From NCBI GenBank assembly GCA_002402295.1, contig DHFO01000047.1:15327-79326 (forward strand): 64,000 nt of DNA, read 5' to 3'. The notes under the pieces were generated by a model, which did no database searches, had not been told where the DNA came from, and saw only the letters and a list, made by a program, of their open reading frames with translations. Numbering within the stretch: position 1 is the first letter of the stretch; the number at the start of each line of letters is the position of its first letter. Both the position numbers and the translations under genes were made by a program. Shown here one piece after another: positions 21,547 to 30,186 of the stretch. This stretch comes from Caldiserica bacterium UBA4822 (GTDB lineage Bacteria > Caldisericota > Caldisericia > Cryosericales > Cryosericaceae).

Positions 21547-21837
21547 AGGTTTTCTGCCAAGGACGGGCCCCCAGCAGATGCCCTTCCCGCGGAGGACTGT
21601 GCCTGACGCTCTCACGGAGCAGTGCGGTGCTGACTTGTAAGGGGGTCCAGTATCTGTCAGCCTCGGGCGTCGTTTCCAAGTGCGACAGTGCCTCCTGTCT
21701 CAACTGCCACAGCGACAGTGCTGTCTGTCGCTGAGTCAAGGGATGAAGTGCTGTTTATGTTTTTCCTCCCGGGCGATCCCCGCCGGCAGTGTGTTCCCGT
21801 CTCACAGGCACAGGAAAAGGGTCTGGTAGCCAGGCGA

Positions 21838-24324
21838 CTAAGACTGCCAGGATCGTACCTGTGCCTCCATGTCCTTCAGACGGGACTGCTCCCGCTCGAT
21901 CGTCGTATAGCTTGAGTAGATGTGCAGCACTGCCCGGTCTCTGTCTGGGGTCACCAGGGTGTAGCCATCGCTCTCGCGCAACTTGACACCCTCGATGAAC
22001 TCACCCGAATCCCGTGCCGCTTCACTCAGGCGGCGCATAATCGTTCCTTTGAGCTCCCAAGGGCACGGAAGCTCCACATGGGCTGGGTCGCGTGAAGGGG
22101 TGTCCTGCTTGAGCGCGGCGAGGTCCTTCCCTGTCCGTGCGAGTGTTTCCAGCAGAAGCGCAATAGACAACATCCCGTCGTAGAACGGCAGAGAGCGCGA
22201 GAAAATGAACCCGCCCACCATGTCGGCCCCTGCGTCTGTGTTCGTCGTTTCCTGGACGATACTTCGCGGCAGTGTCGAACACCAGTGAATGTCGATGCCG
22301 AGCCCCCGCAGGTACTGCTCAAGCTCGATGGACGCCGTAACGGGAAGCGTAACTGAAGTCATCTCACTGGACACATGCCGGGCGCCGATCATGATAGCTG
22401 TGGCACGAGTGTCGGAGATGATTTCCCCGGTAGAATCAACAAGAAAGATCTTCTCGCCGGATGCGTCCAGAATGACGCCGAGTGATGCCTCCAGTGACTT
22501 TACCATCGCGGACAACTTACGCCTAGCGTCCCGGAACTCCGACGCGGTGCGTACCGCTCTTCGTCCGTCCGCGTAGGCGTTGAGGGAAATTATCTCCAGT
22601 CCAAGCTCGCCCGCAATTGCCGGGAAGAACTGAACGGTTGTACCATAGGAGTAGTCGATGACGAAACGAATTCCAGACGACTGAATCAGCGGTATGTCAA
22701 GCGAATGCAGGTAAAAGTCCCTGTATGACTCGACGATGCGCGGAGGAATATCGATGGTACCTACTTCCTCCACATCGGCACGCGCGAATTCCTCACGGAA
22801 GAAGATGCGTTCTATCGATGCTTCCTGCGCTGTGCTCAAGTCGAACCCGGATCGGTCATAGAAGCGTATGGTTGTGAGCTTGCGGTCAAATGGCGAACGC
22901 ATGACGTGCACACCACCACCGGCTGCCACTGACTTCACGGCGAAACGTGCAAGCGGCACCGGTGCCGCTTGCAGGTCCAGAACGCGCACCCCGGTGCTCA
23001 TCAACCCACCGATGACAGAGCGCTTCAACATGCGCGACGACTGATGGTCATCGCGCGCTGCGAAGGCGATGGAACCTTTTCCCAGATAGGTGCCATAGGC
23101 GCATCCGAGTTTGGCGCACATTTCTGGTGTCACTTCAATGTTGTTTACACCCACGATGCCATAGGAGCCGAACAGCGCCCGCGACCAGGCCTTTCCCCAG
23201 ACGACGTTGCTGGTCACAATCGATCCCGCTTCGACAATCTTGCCAGGCCAGATCTGGACCTGTGACTTCAGAGTCGACCCCTGGCCTACATTGCAGTCAT
23301 CCGCCACGATGTTGTCGCCTTCGAGCAGAACGTCCCTGCCAATGTGGACGTTCTTGCCAACAATGGAGTTGAACACGCGTGCCCCGGGCTCTATAGTGGC
23401 TCCCTCCCAGAGAATTGAATTCTCGACGACTGCACCGTTTTGTATCGAGACATGGTCTCCAACAAAGGAACTCTGAATGCGAGCTTCACCGATTGAGACC
23501 CCCTTGCCGATGAGGACTGAGCCGTCGAAGCCCTTGAAACTTGCAATCTTGCTGTCGTCTCCAACCCAAATGTCACTTCCAATGCGTCCAATACGTTCTC
23601 CCTGAGGCTCAAGGTCGACCTTGCCCTTCAGGACGTCCGAGTGCGCATGTTTGTACTCGCGGATATTACCGACGTCACACCAGTACCCAGGCGCAATGTA
23701 TCCAAACAGCGGCCGATGATGTGTCAACAATGAGGGAAACACATTCTTGGAGAAGTCAACTTCCCGATCTTCAGGGATTTCCTGCCAGATGGATGGTTCA
23801 AGCACATAGATCCCCGTGTTGACTGTATCTGAGAAGACCTCTCCCCAGGAGGGTTTCTCAAGGAAGCGCACGATGTGCCCGTCAGAATCCGTGATGACAA
23901 TGCCGTACTCCAGCGGATCATCGACGCGTGACAAGGTGATGGTCGCGTCCGCCTGGTGGTCATGGTGATACTGAATTGCGTGCGAGAGATCAATGTCTGT
24001 AACGATGTCCGCAGCGATAACAAGAAAGGTATCCTGTAGGAACGCGCGGGCCAGCCCTACCGCTCCTGCAGTTCCAAGATCCTCCTCGCTGACAACATAC
24101 TCAATGTGTACGCCGAAGGCGCTACCGTCGCCGAAATAGGTGCGGATGGCATCTGGCTGGTGATAGAGAATGACTACCAGGTCGTCAAGTCCGTGCTTTT
24201 TCAGGAGCCGTACGACGTGCTGCATCATAGGGCGGTTGGCAAAGGGTACCATAGGCTTCGGAGCGTTGACGGTCAGTGGTCTCAGCCTCGTGCCGAACCC
24301 ACCGGCAAGAATGACCGCTTTCAT
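21838..24324 (-). CDS. Sugar-1-phosphate nucleotidyltransferase (GMPP-like) fused to hexapeptide repeats and a degenerate phosphohexomutase domain
   Basis: LAGGFGTRLRPLT..PKPM, LGTAG and FLEKP motifs; left-handed beta-helix repeats; PMM-like C-terminal half without SHNP/DxDxD. Confidence 0.88.
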   Translation of the reverse strand: MKAVILAGGFGTRLRPLTVNAPKPMVPFANRPMMQHVVRLLKKHGLDDLVVILYHQPDAIRTYFGDGSAFGVHIEYVVSEEDLGTAGAVGLARAFLQDTFLVIAADIVTDIDLSHAIQYHHDHQADATITLSRVDDPLEYGIVITDSDGHIVRFLEKPSWGEVFSDTVNTGIYVLEPSIWQEIPEDREVDFSKNVFPSLLTHHRPLFGYIAPGYWCDVGNIREYKHAHSDVLKGKVDLEPQGERIGRIGSDIWVGDDSKIASFKGFDGSVLIGKGVSIGEARIQSSFVGDHVSIQNGAVVENSILWEGATIEPGARVFNSIVGKNVHIGRDVLLEGDNIVADDCNVGQGSTLKSQVQIWPGKIVEAGSIVTSNVVWGKAWSRALFGSYGIVGVNNIEVTPEMCAKLGCAYGTYLGKGSIAFAARDDHQSSRMLKRSVIGGLMSTGVRVLDLQAAPVPLARFAVKSVAAGGGVHVMRSPFDRKLTTIRFYDRSGFDLSTAQEASIERIFFREEFARADVEEVGTIDIPPRIVESYRDFYLHSLDIPLIQSSGIRFVIDYSYGTTVQFFPAIAGELGLEIISLNAYADGRRAVRTASEFRDARRKLSAMVKSLEASLGVILDASGEKIFLVDSTGEIISDTRATAIMIGARHVSSEMTSVTLPVTASIELEQYLRGLGIDIHWCSTLPRSIVQETTNTDAGADMVGGFIFSRSLPFYDGMLSIALLLETLARTGKDLAALKQDTPSRDPAHVELPCPWELKGTIMRRLSEAARDSGEFIEGVKLRESDGYTLVTPDRDRAVLHIYSSYTTIEREQSRLKDMEAQVRSWQS

Positions 24325-25742
24325 TGGTCTCCCTCCGACATTGACTGGTAGAGAGCAAGATAGTCGCGTGCGCTTGCCTGCCATGAGTAGTCACATGTAG
24401 CCCCGATGGCTTGGACTCGTCGATATGCATCAGGTGTGGCATACAGCTGTACCGCACGCTTTACAGCGTCCAGAAAGGAGGAAGGGGTGGCTTCGTCGAA
24501 GCTGATACCGTTGCCGACGCCTGTCTTCGGGTGAACGTCCTGAATCGTATCCTTGAGTCCGCCAGTTCTCCGCACGACCGGGACACTGCCGTAGCGCAAA
24601 GCAATCATCTGTGACAAGCCGCAAGGTTCAAAGCGCGACGGCATGAGAAAGAAGTCCGACCCGGCATACAGGCGGTGTGCCAGTCCTTCGTCAAATCGTC
24701 TGTTCAGAACAAACCGGTCCGGGTACTGGCTCGCCTTTTCCTGCAGTGCTGCCTCAATCCCGGGGTCGCCGGTTCCAAGCACAATAAGGTTCAATGGCAG
24801 TGCCATCATCTCGTCCCACGCGCCAAGCATCAGGTCAATTCCCTTCTGGCTGACGAGGCGAGAAATAACTGCAAACAGCGGAAAGTCTGGGTGCGACGTG
24901 ATGCCTGCTTCCTGGAGAACATGTTGTTTGTTCCGTTCCTTTCCCTCTAGTGAGGATGCGCTGTACAGGAACGGCAGGGCGGCATCTGTTGCCGGGTCCC
25001 AGTAGGAGTAGTCAATTCCGTTGAGAATGCCCGTGAGGTGCTCGCGACGGACCTCCAGTATGCCATTCAGACGAAAGCCCAGTTCCGGCGTAAGAATCTC
25101 ATGCGCGTATGTGGGCGACACGGTGCTGATTTCATCCGACCAGACGATACCGCCCTTGAGATAGTTCAATTTGCCATAGAACTCAAGGCCATGGATGGTG
25201 AAAACGGACTCTGGCAACTGGATGTCCGCGAGGACAGATGCAGGAAAGATGCCCTGGTAGGCGATATTGTGGATAGTGAGAAGTGTCTTCTCGGTTCGCT
25301 CTGGCATGACCGTCCGAAGATAGACGGGGAGAAGAGCCGCTTGCCAGTCATGGACGTGAATCACGTCCGCCCCGCCCAGCGCCGCGATGGTCTCTAAAGC
25401 GGCACGGGCAAAGAAAGCGAATCTCAGCCAATTGTCAGGATAGTCCCCCTCCCGGGTCGAGTAGACGCTGTCGCGCCCGTACAGCTCTGGTTGGGAAACA
25501 AAGTACACGCAGTCGTGCCGGAGGACGGTGTATGGCAAGACCCGCCCGCCCATTGTCAGCGATCCAGACCTGACCTTTTCGAATCCAGATGTGGAAGGGA
25601 CAATCTTGTCATAGAAGGGCACCACGAGCAACGAATCAACTCCCAGAGACCGCAGGGCCGCCGGAAGACTCCCCATAACATCACCAAGACCGCCTGTCTT
25701 GACGTATGGAACTGCTTCTGAGGCAACATGGAATACCCTCAT
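24321..25742 (-). CDS. glgA: Glycogen synthase (GT5)
   Basis: KTGGLGDV, HDWQ, TIHN, RLVSQKG and PSRFEPCGL motifs. Confidence 0.95.
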   Translation of the reverse strand: MRVFHVASEAVPYVKTGGLGDVMGSLPAALRSLGVDSLLVVPFYDKIVPSTSGFEKVRSGSLTMGGRVLPYTVLRHDCVYFVSQPELYGRDSVYSTREGDYPDNWLRFAFFARAALETIAALGGADVIHVHDWQAALLPVYLRTVMPERTEKTLLTIHNIAYQGIFPASVLADIQLPESVFTIHGLEFYGKLNYLKGGIVWSDEISTVSPTYAHEILTPELGFRLNGILEVRREHLTGILNGIDYSYWDPATDAALPFLYSASSLEGKERNKQHVLQEAGITSHPDFPLFAVISRLVSQKGIDLMLGAWDEMMALPLNLIVLGTGDPGIEAALQEKASQYPDRFVLNRRFDEGLAHRLYAGSDFFLMPSRFEPCGLSQMIALRYGSVPVVRRTGGLKDTIQDVHPKTGVGNGISFDEATPSSFLDAVKRAVQLYATPDAYRRVQAIGATCDYSWQASARDYLALYQSMSEGDQ

Positions 25743-25760
25743 CGCCGTGCTCCTCCTTTC

Positions 25761-26765
25761 CTAAAGTTTGATATCTCGAAGATACTGTGCAGTCTCCTCT
25801 GGAATCGTAGGGTTGATGTAGAATCCGGTGCCTCGCTCAAATCCACCAGTGTGTGCAATGCGAGGGAATATCTCAAAGTGCCAGTGATATGAAGGAACAG
25901 GATCTAGATTGACGGGCGCCGTATGCAGCACAAGATTGTACGGTGGGTCATCGAGTGCTTGAGACAAACGCTGGAGGGTCCGCTTGAGGACTCTCGACAA
26001 CTCGCCTGCATCGGTCGAGCTCAGGCGCCCATAGTCGCTTTCGTGGCTTTTTGGCAGGATCCAGGTTTCGAATGGGAACCGCTGGGCAAACGGGACCACA
26101 GTCACAAAGTGGTCGGAATCTTCGATGATGCGTCTGCGGTCGGCCAGCTCCTGTGCAATCAGGTCGCAGAAGACGCACCTGTCTCGGTACCTGTAGTACT
26201 CAAGAGCGCCTGCAAGTTCTTCCTGAACATGGAAGGGGACGACTGGAAGCGCCATGATCTGGGAGTGGGGATGAGCAAGCATGGCGCCCGCTCGTGCACC
26301 CTTGTTCTTGAAGACCATTACGAACCTGAAGCGGCCGTCGCGCGCAAGGTCAAGAATGCGATCATGCCATGTCCACAAGACATCCCTGATGTGCGACTCG
26401 GGCATGACGGCCAGCTCCTCGGCATGGTTCGGCGTCTCGATGACTATTTCATGTGCCCCGATGCCGTTCATGATGTCGTACATGCCTTCAGCGCGCTTGT
26501 CTATCTGTCCCTCGACTTTGAGGGCCGGCGAACGGTTAGGAACAACACGTACCCACCACCCTGGCTCGTTCGCACGTGTGCCGAAATCGCGCAGTGCTGT
26601 GATTTCCGGCGGCGTGTAGCGCTCATTCCCTGGCTCGAACGGACAAGTCGACAAGTCGGCTGGCGGTTGCTGACGCTCTGCTGCCAGGTCAGCAGGACGC
26701 AAAGGACGGTCCGACGTGATGATAACCCATCGCCCAGTGATTGGGTCCTTTCTCAGTTCTGACAC
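25761..26765 (-). CDS. GalT-like HIT-superfamily nucleotidyltransferase (possible ADP-glucose phosphorylase)
   Basis: ELRKDPITGRWVI, HPHSQ and CVFC motifs; directly upstream of glgA, while a separate galT sits next to galK. Confidence 0.8.
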   Translation of the reverse strand: MSELRKDPITGRWVIITSDRPLRPADLAAERQQPPADLSTCPFEPGNERYTPPEITALRDFGTRANEPGWWVRVVPNRSPALKVEGQIDKRAEGMYDIMNGIGAHEIVIETPNHAEELAVMPESHIRDVLWTWHDRILDLARDGRFRFVMVFKNKGARAGAMLAHPHSQIMALPVVPFHVQEELAGALEYYRYRDRCVFCDLIAQELADRRRIIEDSDHFVTVVPFAQRFPFETWILPKSHESDYGRLSSTDAGELSRVLKRTLQRLSQALDDPPYNLVLHTAPVNLDPVPSYHWHFEIFPRIAHTGGFERGTGFYINPTIPEETAQYLRDIKL

Positions 26766-28294
26766 GCAGGCCTCCTTAGATTCTGCAGGTGGAGGTGGGC
26801 AAAGACGGCGTCGGGCTGGTTGTCAGACTCGACAGCATTGTATGGCTGCCCTTCTGCAACAGCCAGCAACGCGCGGACTTTCCGGTGGTGTTCGAGAAAG
26901 CGGGACATGCCATACGAACGGGCCTGTCCGGTCGTAATCAGGAATGGCCAGTCAGAGCTTTCTTCAAGCAGAATCTCGCGGAGAATCATATCTCCCACTT
27001 CGCCCGAAAGGGACGGGAGCAGCCTGGTGAATCGCCGCTGATCTTCGTGTATCACGTCCCACATCCAGGAAGTCTCCGAGTTCATCCAAGTTTCGTGGCC
27101 GCCACCGGCGCCCCAGCTGGATTCACGCAAGCGGCCAGCCGGGAAGGCTCGCTCCTGCAATACTGTCTCCGGTGCGCACGCTGAAACGGAACCGCTTCCT
27201 GCCAGGTCGCGCAGTACCGCCGAGATCCATCCAGGTCCCTCGTACCACCAGTGTCCAAACAGCTCGGTGTCGTATGCTGCTACTACTATTCCAGGATCGC
27301 CGGTTGTCTCCTCGCGCCGGGCACAAAGATCTTGCACAAGTCCGGCAAAGTGGCGAGCGTGTTCCCTTGCCCTTTCCTGGCCCGCTTCTGGCTCATACCA
27401 CTGTTTGTCGCTCATGTCTATATGCTTGTCGGTAATGCGCCAGTACTGCCATCCAGATCCTTCGGCTCTGCGGTGAAACTCGCGGTAGACTCCATCTCCA
27501 GGATAGCCTCGATCCCGTGACCAGACCTGCTCGCTGGTCGCCGGATTCCGAAGAAACGCTGCAACGCCCGAACCAATGTCCCAGGGCGTCCATGGAGCGT
27601 CTTCATTCGTGGGCAGAAGGGCGTAGCCGCTGGGAAGTTCTTGTGTAGTCGTGTCGAGTGCAGAAGCGTCAGCAAAGAAGTAGCGAAGCCCGCTTTCTTT
27701 GAGCAAGCGCTCAACTCCAGGGAGGTACCCGCATTCGGGCAGCCAGAATCCAGTCGGCTTCTGCCCCAACCAGTGTTCGTAGGTGGCAACTCCTGCACGG
27801 ATCTGCAATCTCCTCGACTCATCGTTGCTGAAGAGCGGCAGGTATCCATGCGTGGCGCATGATGTCAGCACCGCGAGGCGACCAGTGGTCTGGAGCGCCG
27901 CAAATGCCGCGACGATGTCACCATCAATGGCATTGAACCCCTGGATTCGTCGGTCGAGCTCAGAGCGGTAGTAGGCATTGAGACTCCTTGCCTCGGATGA
28001 CATATTCCCAATGCGGGATGTGTCCAGGAGGAGTTCGGCCTGTTTCATGCTGGCCCAGGCCCGGAAACTCGCCGCGTAGTCAGGCGACTTCAATTGTTCC
28101 ATCAGGATTGGCGTCAGGCCGACGGCTATCGAGCCCGCCACCCCGTCATGATCGAGTGTCTGGAGTTCTTCCAGGAGAGGCAGATAGGTGTCCAGAACGA
28201 TCTCATGCAGCCACTCTTCTCCGAAAGGCCACCGGCCCTTGCCAAGCACGTATGGAAGGTGCGAATGCAGAACCAGGACAAACCGTCCACTCAT
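26753..28294 (-). CDS. GH57 1,4-alpha-glucan branching enzyme (DUF1957)
   Basis: HSHLPY, ATHGYLP, WLPEC nucleophile, YDTELFGHWW acid/base and SSDWPF motifs. Confidence 0.9.
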   Translation of the reverse strand: MSGRFVLVLHSHLPYVLGKGRWPFGEEWLHEIVLDTYLPLLEELQTLDHDGVAGSIAVGLTPILMEQLKSPDYAASFRAWASMKQAELLLDTSRIGNMSSEARSLNAYYRSELDRRIQGFNAIDGDIVAAFAALQTTGRLAVLTSCATHGYLPLFSNDESRRLQIRAGVATYEHWLGQKPTGFWLPECGYLPGVERLLKESGLRYFFADASALDTTTQELPSGYALLPTNEDAPWTPWDIGSGVAAFLRNPATSEQVWSRDRGYPGDGVYREFHRRAEGSGWQYWRITDKHIDMSDKQWYEPEAGQERAREHARHFAGLVQDLCARREETTGDPGIVVAAYDTELFGHWWYEGPGWISAVLRDLAGSGSVSACAPETVLQERAFPAGRLRESSWGAGGGHETWMNSETSWMWDVIHEDQRRFTRLLPSLSGEVGDMILREILLEESSDWPFLITTGQARSYGMSRFLEHHRKVRALLAVAEGQPYNAVESDNQPDAVFAHLHLQNLRRPACQN

Positions 28295-28295
28295 G

Positions 28296-30185
28296 TCAGC
28301 TCCTTAGATCAATGGTCAAGTGCCGTGTTTGTTTCAAGTCCAGCCCGAGCATGACCTGCATGCCCTGATAGATTGTTTCGATACCACTCTCGGAATTGGA
28401 TACGGTACGTATCTGAGACAAGTCGACTCGTACGGGGAAACTGGTCTGGAGTGAGATGCAGTGCTCTGGTGTGCCCAGGCTGAAGGAATCAGACGTGAAG
28501 GAGCGTTCCCGGTCCTCCCACCATACGGCAAGGTTCAGTTCGCACACGTACCAATCGCCAGGAGCATCAATCTGGAGGTCTACCCGCATGCCGTCCTCGG
28601 TCAATGCAAACGTCTTTGAAATGACGCCCGGCTTGTCAAAGCGGGCCCCTGTCTGACTGATAGACGCCTCATAGTGCGTGGTATCAGGAGTAGTCACGGC
28701 TGCTGTTTCGGGTGTCAGGCAAAAATGGTCCAGAAAACTGAGGCGCGTATAGTCGTCAAACTGGAGGGCCTCCAGAGCATCGGTATCCTTGACCCGAAGG
28801 GACTCGTGAATATTCGCTGCCTTGCCAAACTCACCCTGTGCTGCTGATGCGCTCTTCATCTTGTCATGATACGCCTCGTGATAGCGGGTCATGACGTTGG
28901 TCCACGACCACTGCTGTGGGAGACTGTCCCACTGGGCAAGGCAGCCTCCCCTGCTGCGCAGGAAGACCGTCTGGTCGCTATCGGTAAGAACCGTTTCACT
29001 GCGTCCATCGCCATCGACGTCCTCGAACCAGATACCTTCACGCCTGTCCCGCAAGAGGCGCTCGGCTGTCAGCAGTTCGGCGTACACTGCATCGCGAAGG
29101 TGCGGGAGGTAAAGTCCTCCAAAGATACCGTGCCAGTATGCGCAGTTGCACTGACTGCGGAGATAGTGGGTGCGCGCTTCGCCCGTGGCGTTCCCTAGTT
29201 CCCTTCCCACGAACAACATTCGCTTCTGCATGCGGTTGGCCTCGTCATACCGAGCAAGATAGTTGCGGAAGGTACCACCGGTGACGAAGGGACGCTCGTT
29301 CGGACCAACGCTTGCGCGAAGGTCCCTGTACATGTGCTGACGCGTGGCAGCAAGTGACCACTCTTCCATTTCCTCATATGAGCATGCGGGCAGATAGATT
29401 CTGTCAGCGGGATGAAACAGCTGAACTGCTTCACCGGCGGTGATAGTTTCGATATCGTCTGCGTTGCTCAAGGCACCGAGGAACCGCCGAAGCCAGCCGT
29501 CAGTATACACATGATCGTATGTGCCAGGCCACAGGCCGAACTTTTCTCCGTCGTCTCCATAAACAAACAGCTCGGCGTCGTCGAGGGATGCCCGCACATA
29601 GTTCAGGGTTTCCTCAGGTTCACTCCACGGGATCATATACCGCAGTTCCTTCAGGATTGGGAGCAGGACCACCGGGTAATTCTCCTCTTCGGTCACGTAG
29701 GTATGAAACAGATCACTGCCACTGACCCCTGCCTTTTCAAACCCATTGTCATCCAGAAGAGTCCATCGCGCGCCTGCGAGCGCAAGTGACCGCGCCAGTT
29801 GAGGTTCCCATACTCTTTCGGTCATCCAGAGTCCCGTTGGACGAACTCCGAAAAGCCTTTCCAACTCCTTGCTCATCAGTTGTATCTGTTCAACGCGGTC
29901 TCTCTCGGGGAGCAGCTGCAGAACCGGTTCATAGTAACCGCCGCCCACTAACTCAACCTGCCCGCGGTTGACGAGCGTTCGTACCGTATCGAGGTAGGCG
30001 TCGATGTGATGCTGCTCGATGAACTCGAGCAGAGGCCCTGATGTATGAAGGGATATTCGGACGCGTGGATAGTCCAGCAGGGTCTGGAGGAACGGCAGGT
30101 ACGACCTGTTGATGGCTTCGAGGAAGACGTGGTCGAAGTTTCCCACGGGTTGGTGGTTGTGAATGCACAGACACAGACGTTTCAT
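28296..30185 (-). CDS. GH57 4-alpha-glucanotransferase/alpha-amylase
   Basis: HNHQP, WMTERVW, DDGEKFG and WHGIFGGLY motifs. Confidence 0.9.
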   Translation of the reverse strand: MKRLCLCIHNHQPVGNFDHVFLEAINRSYLPFLQTLLDYPRVRISLHTSGPLLEFIEQHHIDAYLDTVRTLVNRGQVELVGGGYYEPVLQLLPERDRVEQIQLMSKELERLFGVRPTGLWMTERVWEPQLARSLALAGARWTLLDDNGFEKAGVSGSDLFHTYVTEEENYPVVLLPILKELRYMIPWSEPEETLNYVRASLDDAELFVYGDDGEKFGLWPGTYDHVYTDGWLRRFLGALSNADDIETITAGEAVQLFHPADRIYLPACSYEEMEEWSLAATRQHMYRDLRASVGPNERPFVTGGTFRNYLARYDEANRMQKRMLFVGRELGNATGEARTHYLRSQCNCAYWHGIFGGLYLPHLRDAVYAELLTAERLLRDRREGIWFEDVDGDGRSETVLTDSDQTVFLRSRGGCLAQWDSLPQQWSWTNVMTRYHEAYHDKMKSASAAQGEFGKAANIHESLRVKDTDALEALQFDDYTRLSFLDHFCLTPETAAVTTPDTTHYEASISQTGARFDKPGVISKTFALTEDGMRVDLQIDAPGDWYVCELNLAVWWEDRERSFTSDSFSLGTPEHCISLQTSFPVRVDLSQIRTVSNSESGIETIYQGMQVMLGLDLKQTRHLTIDLRS

Positions 30186-30186
30186 C

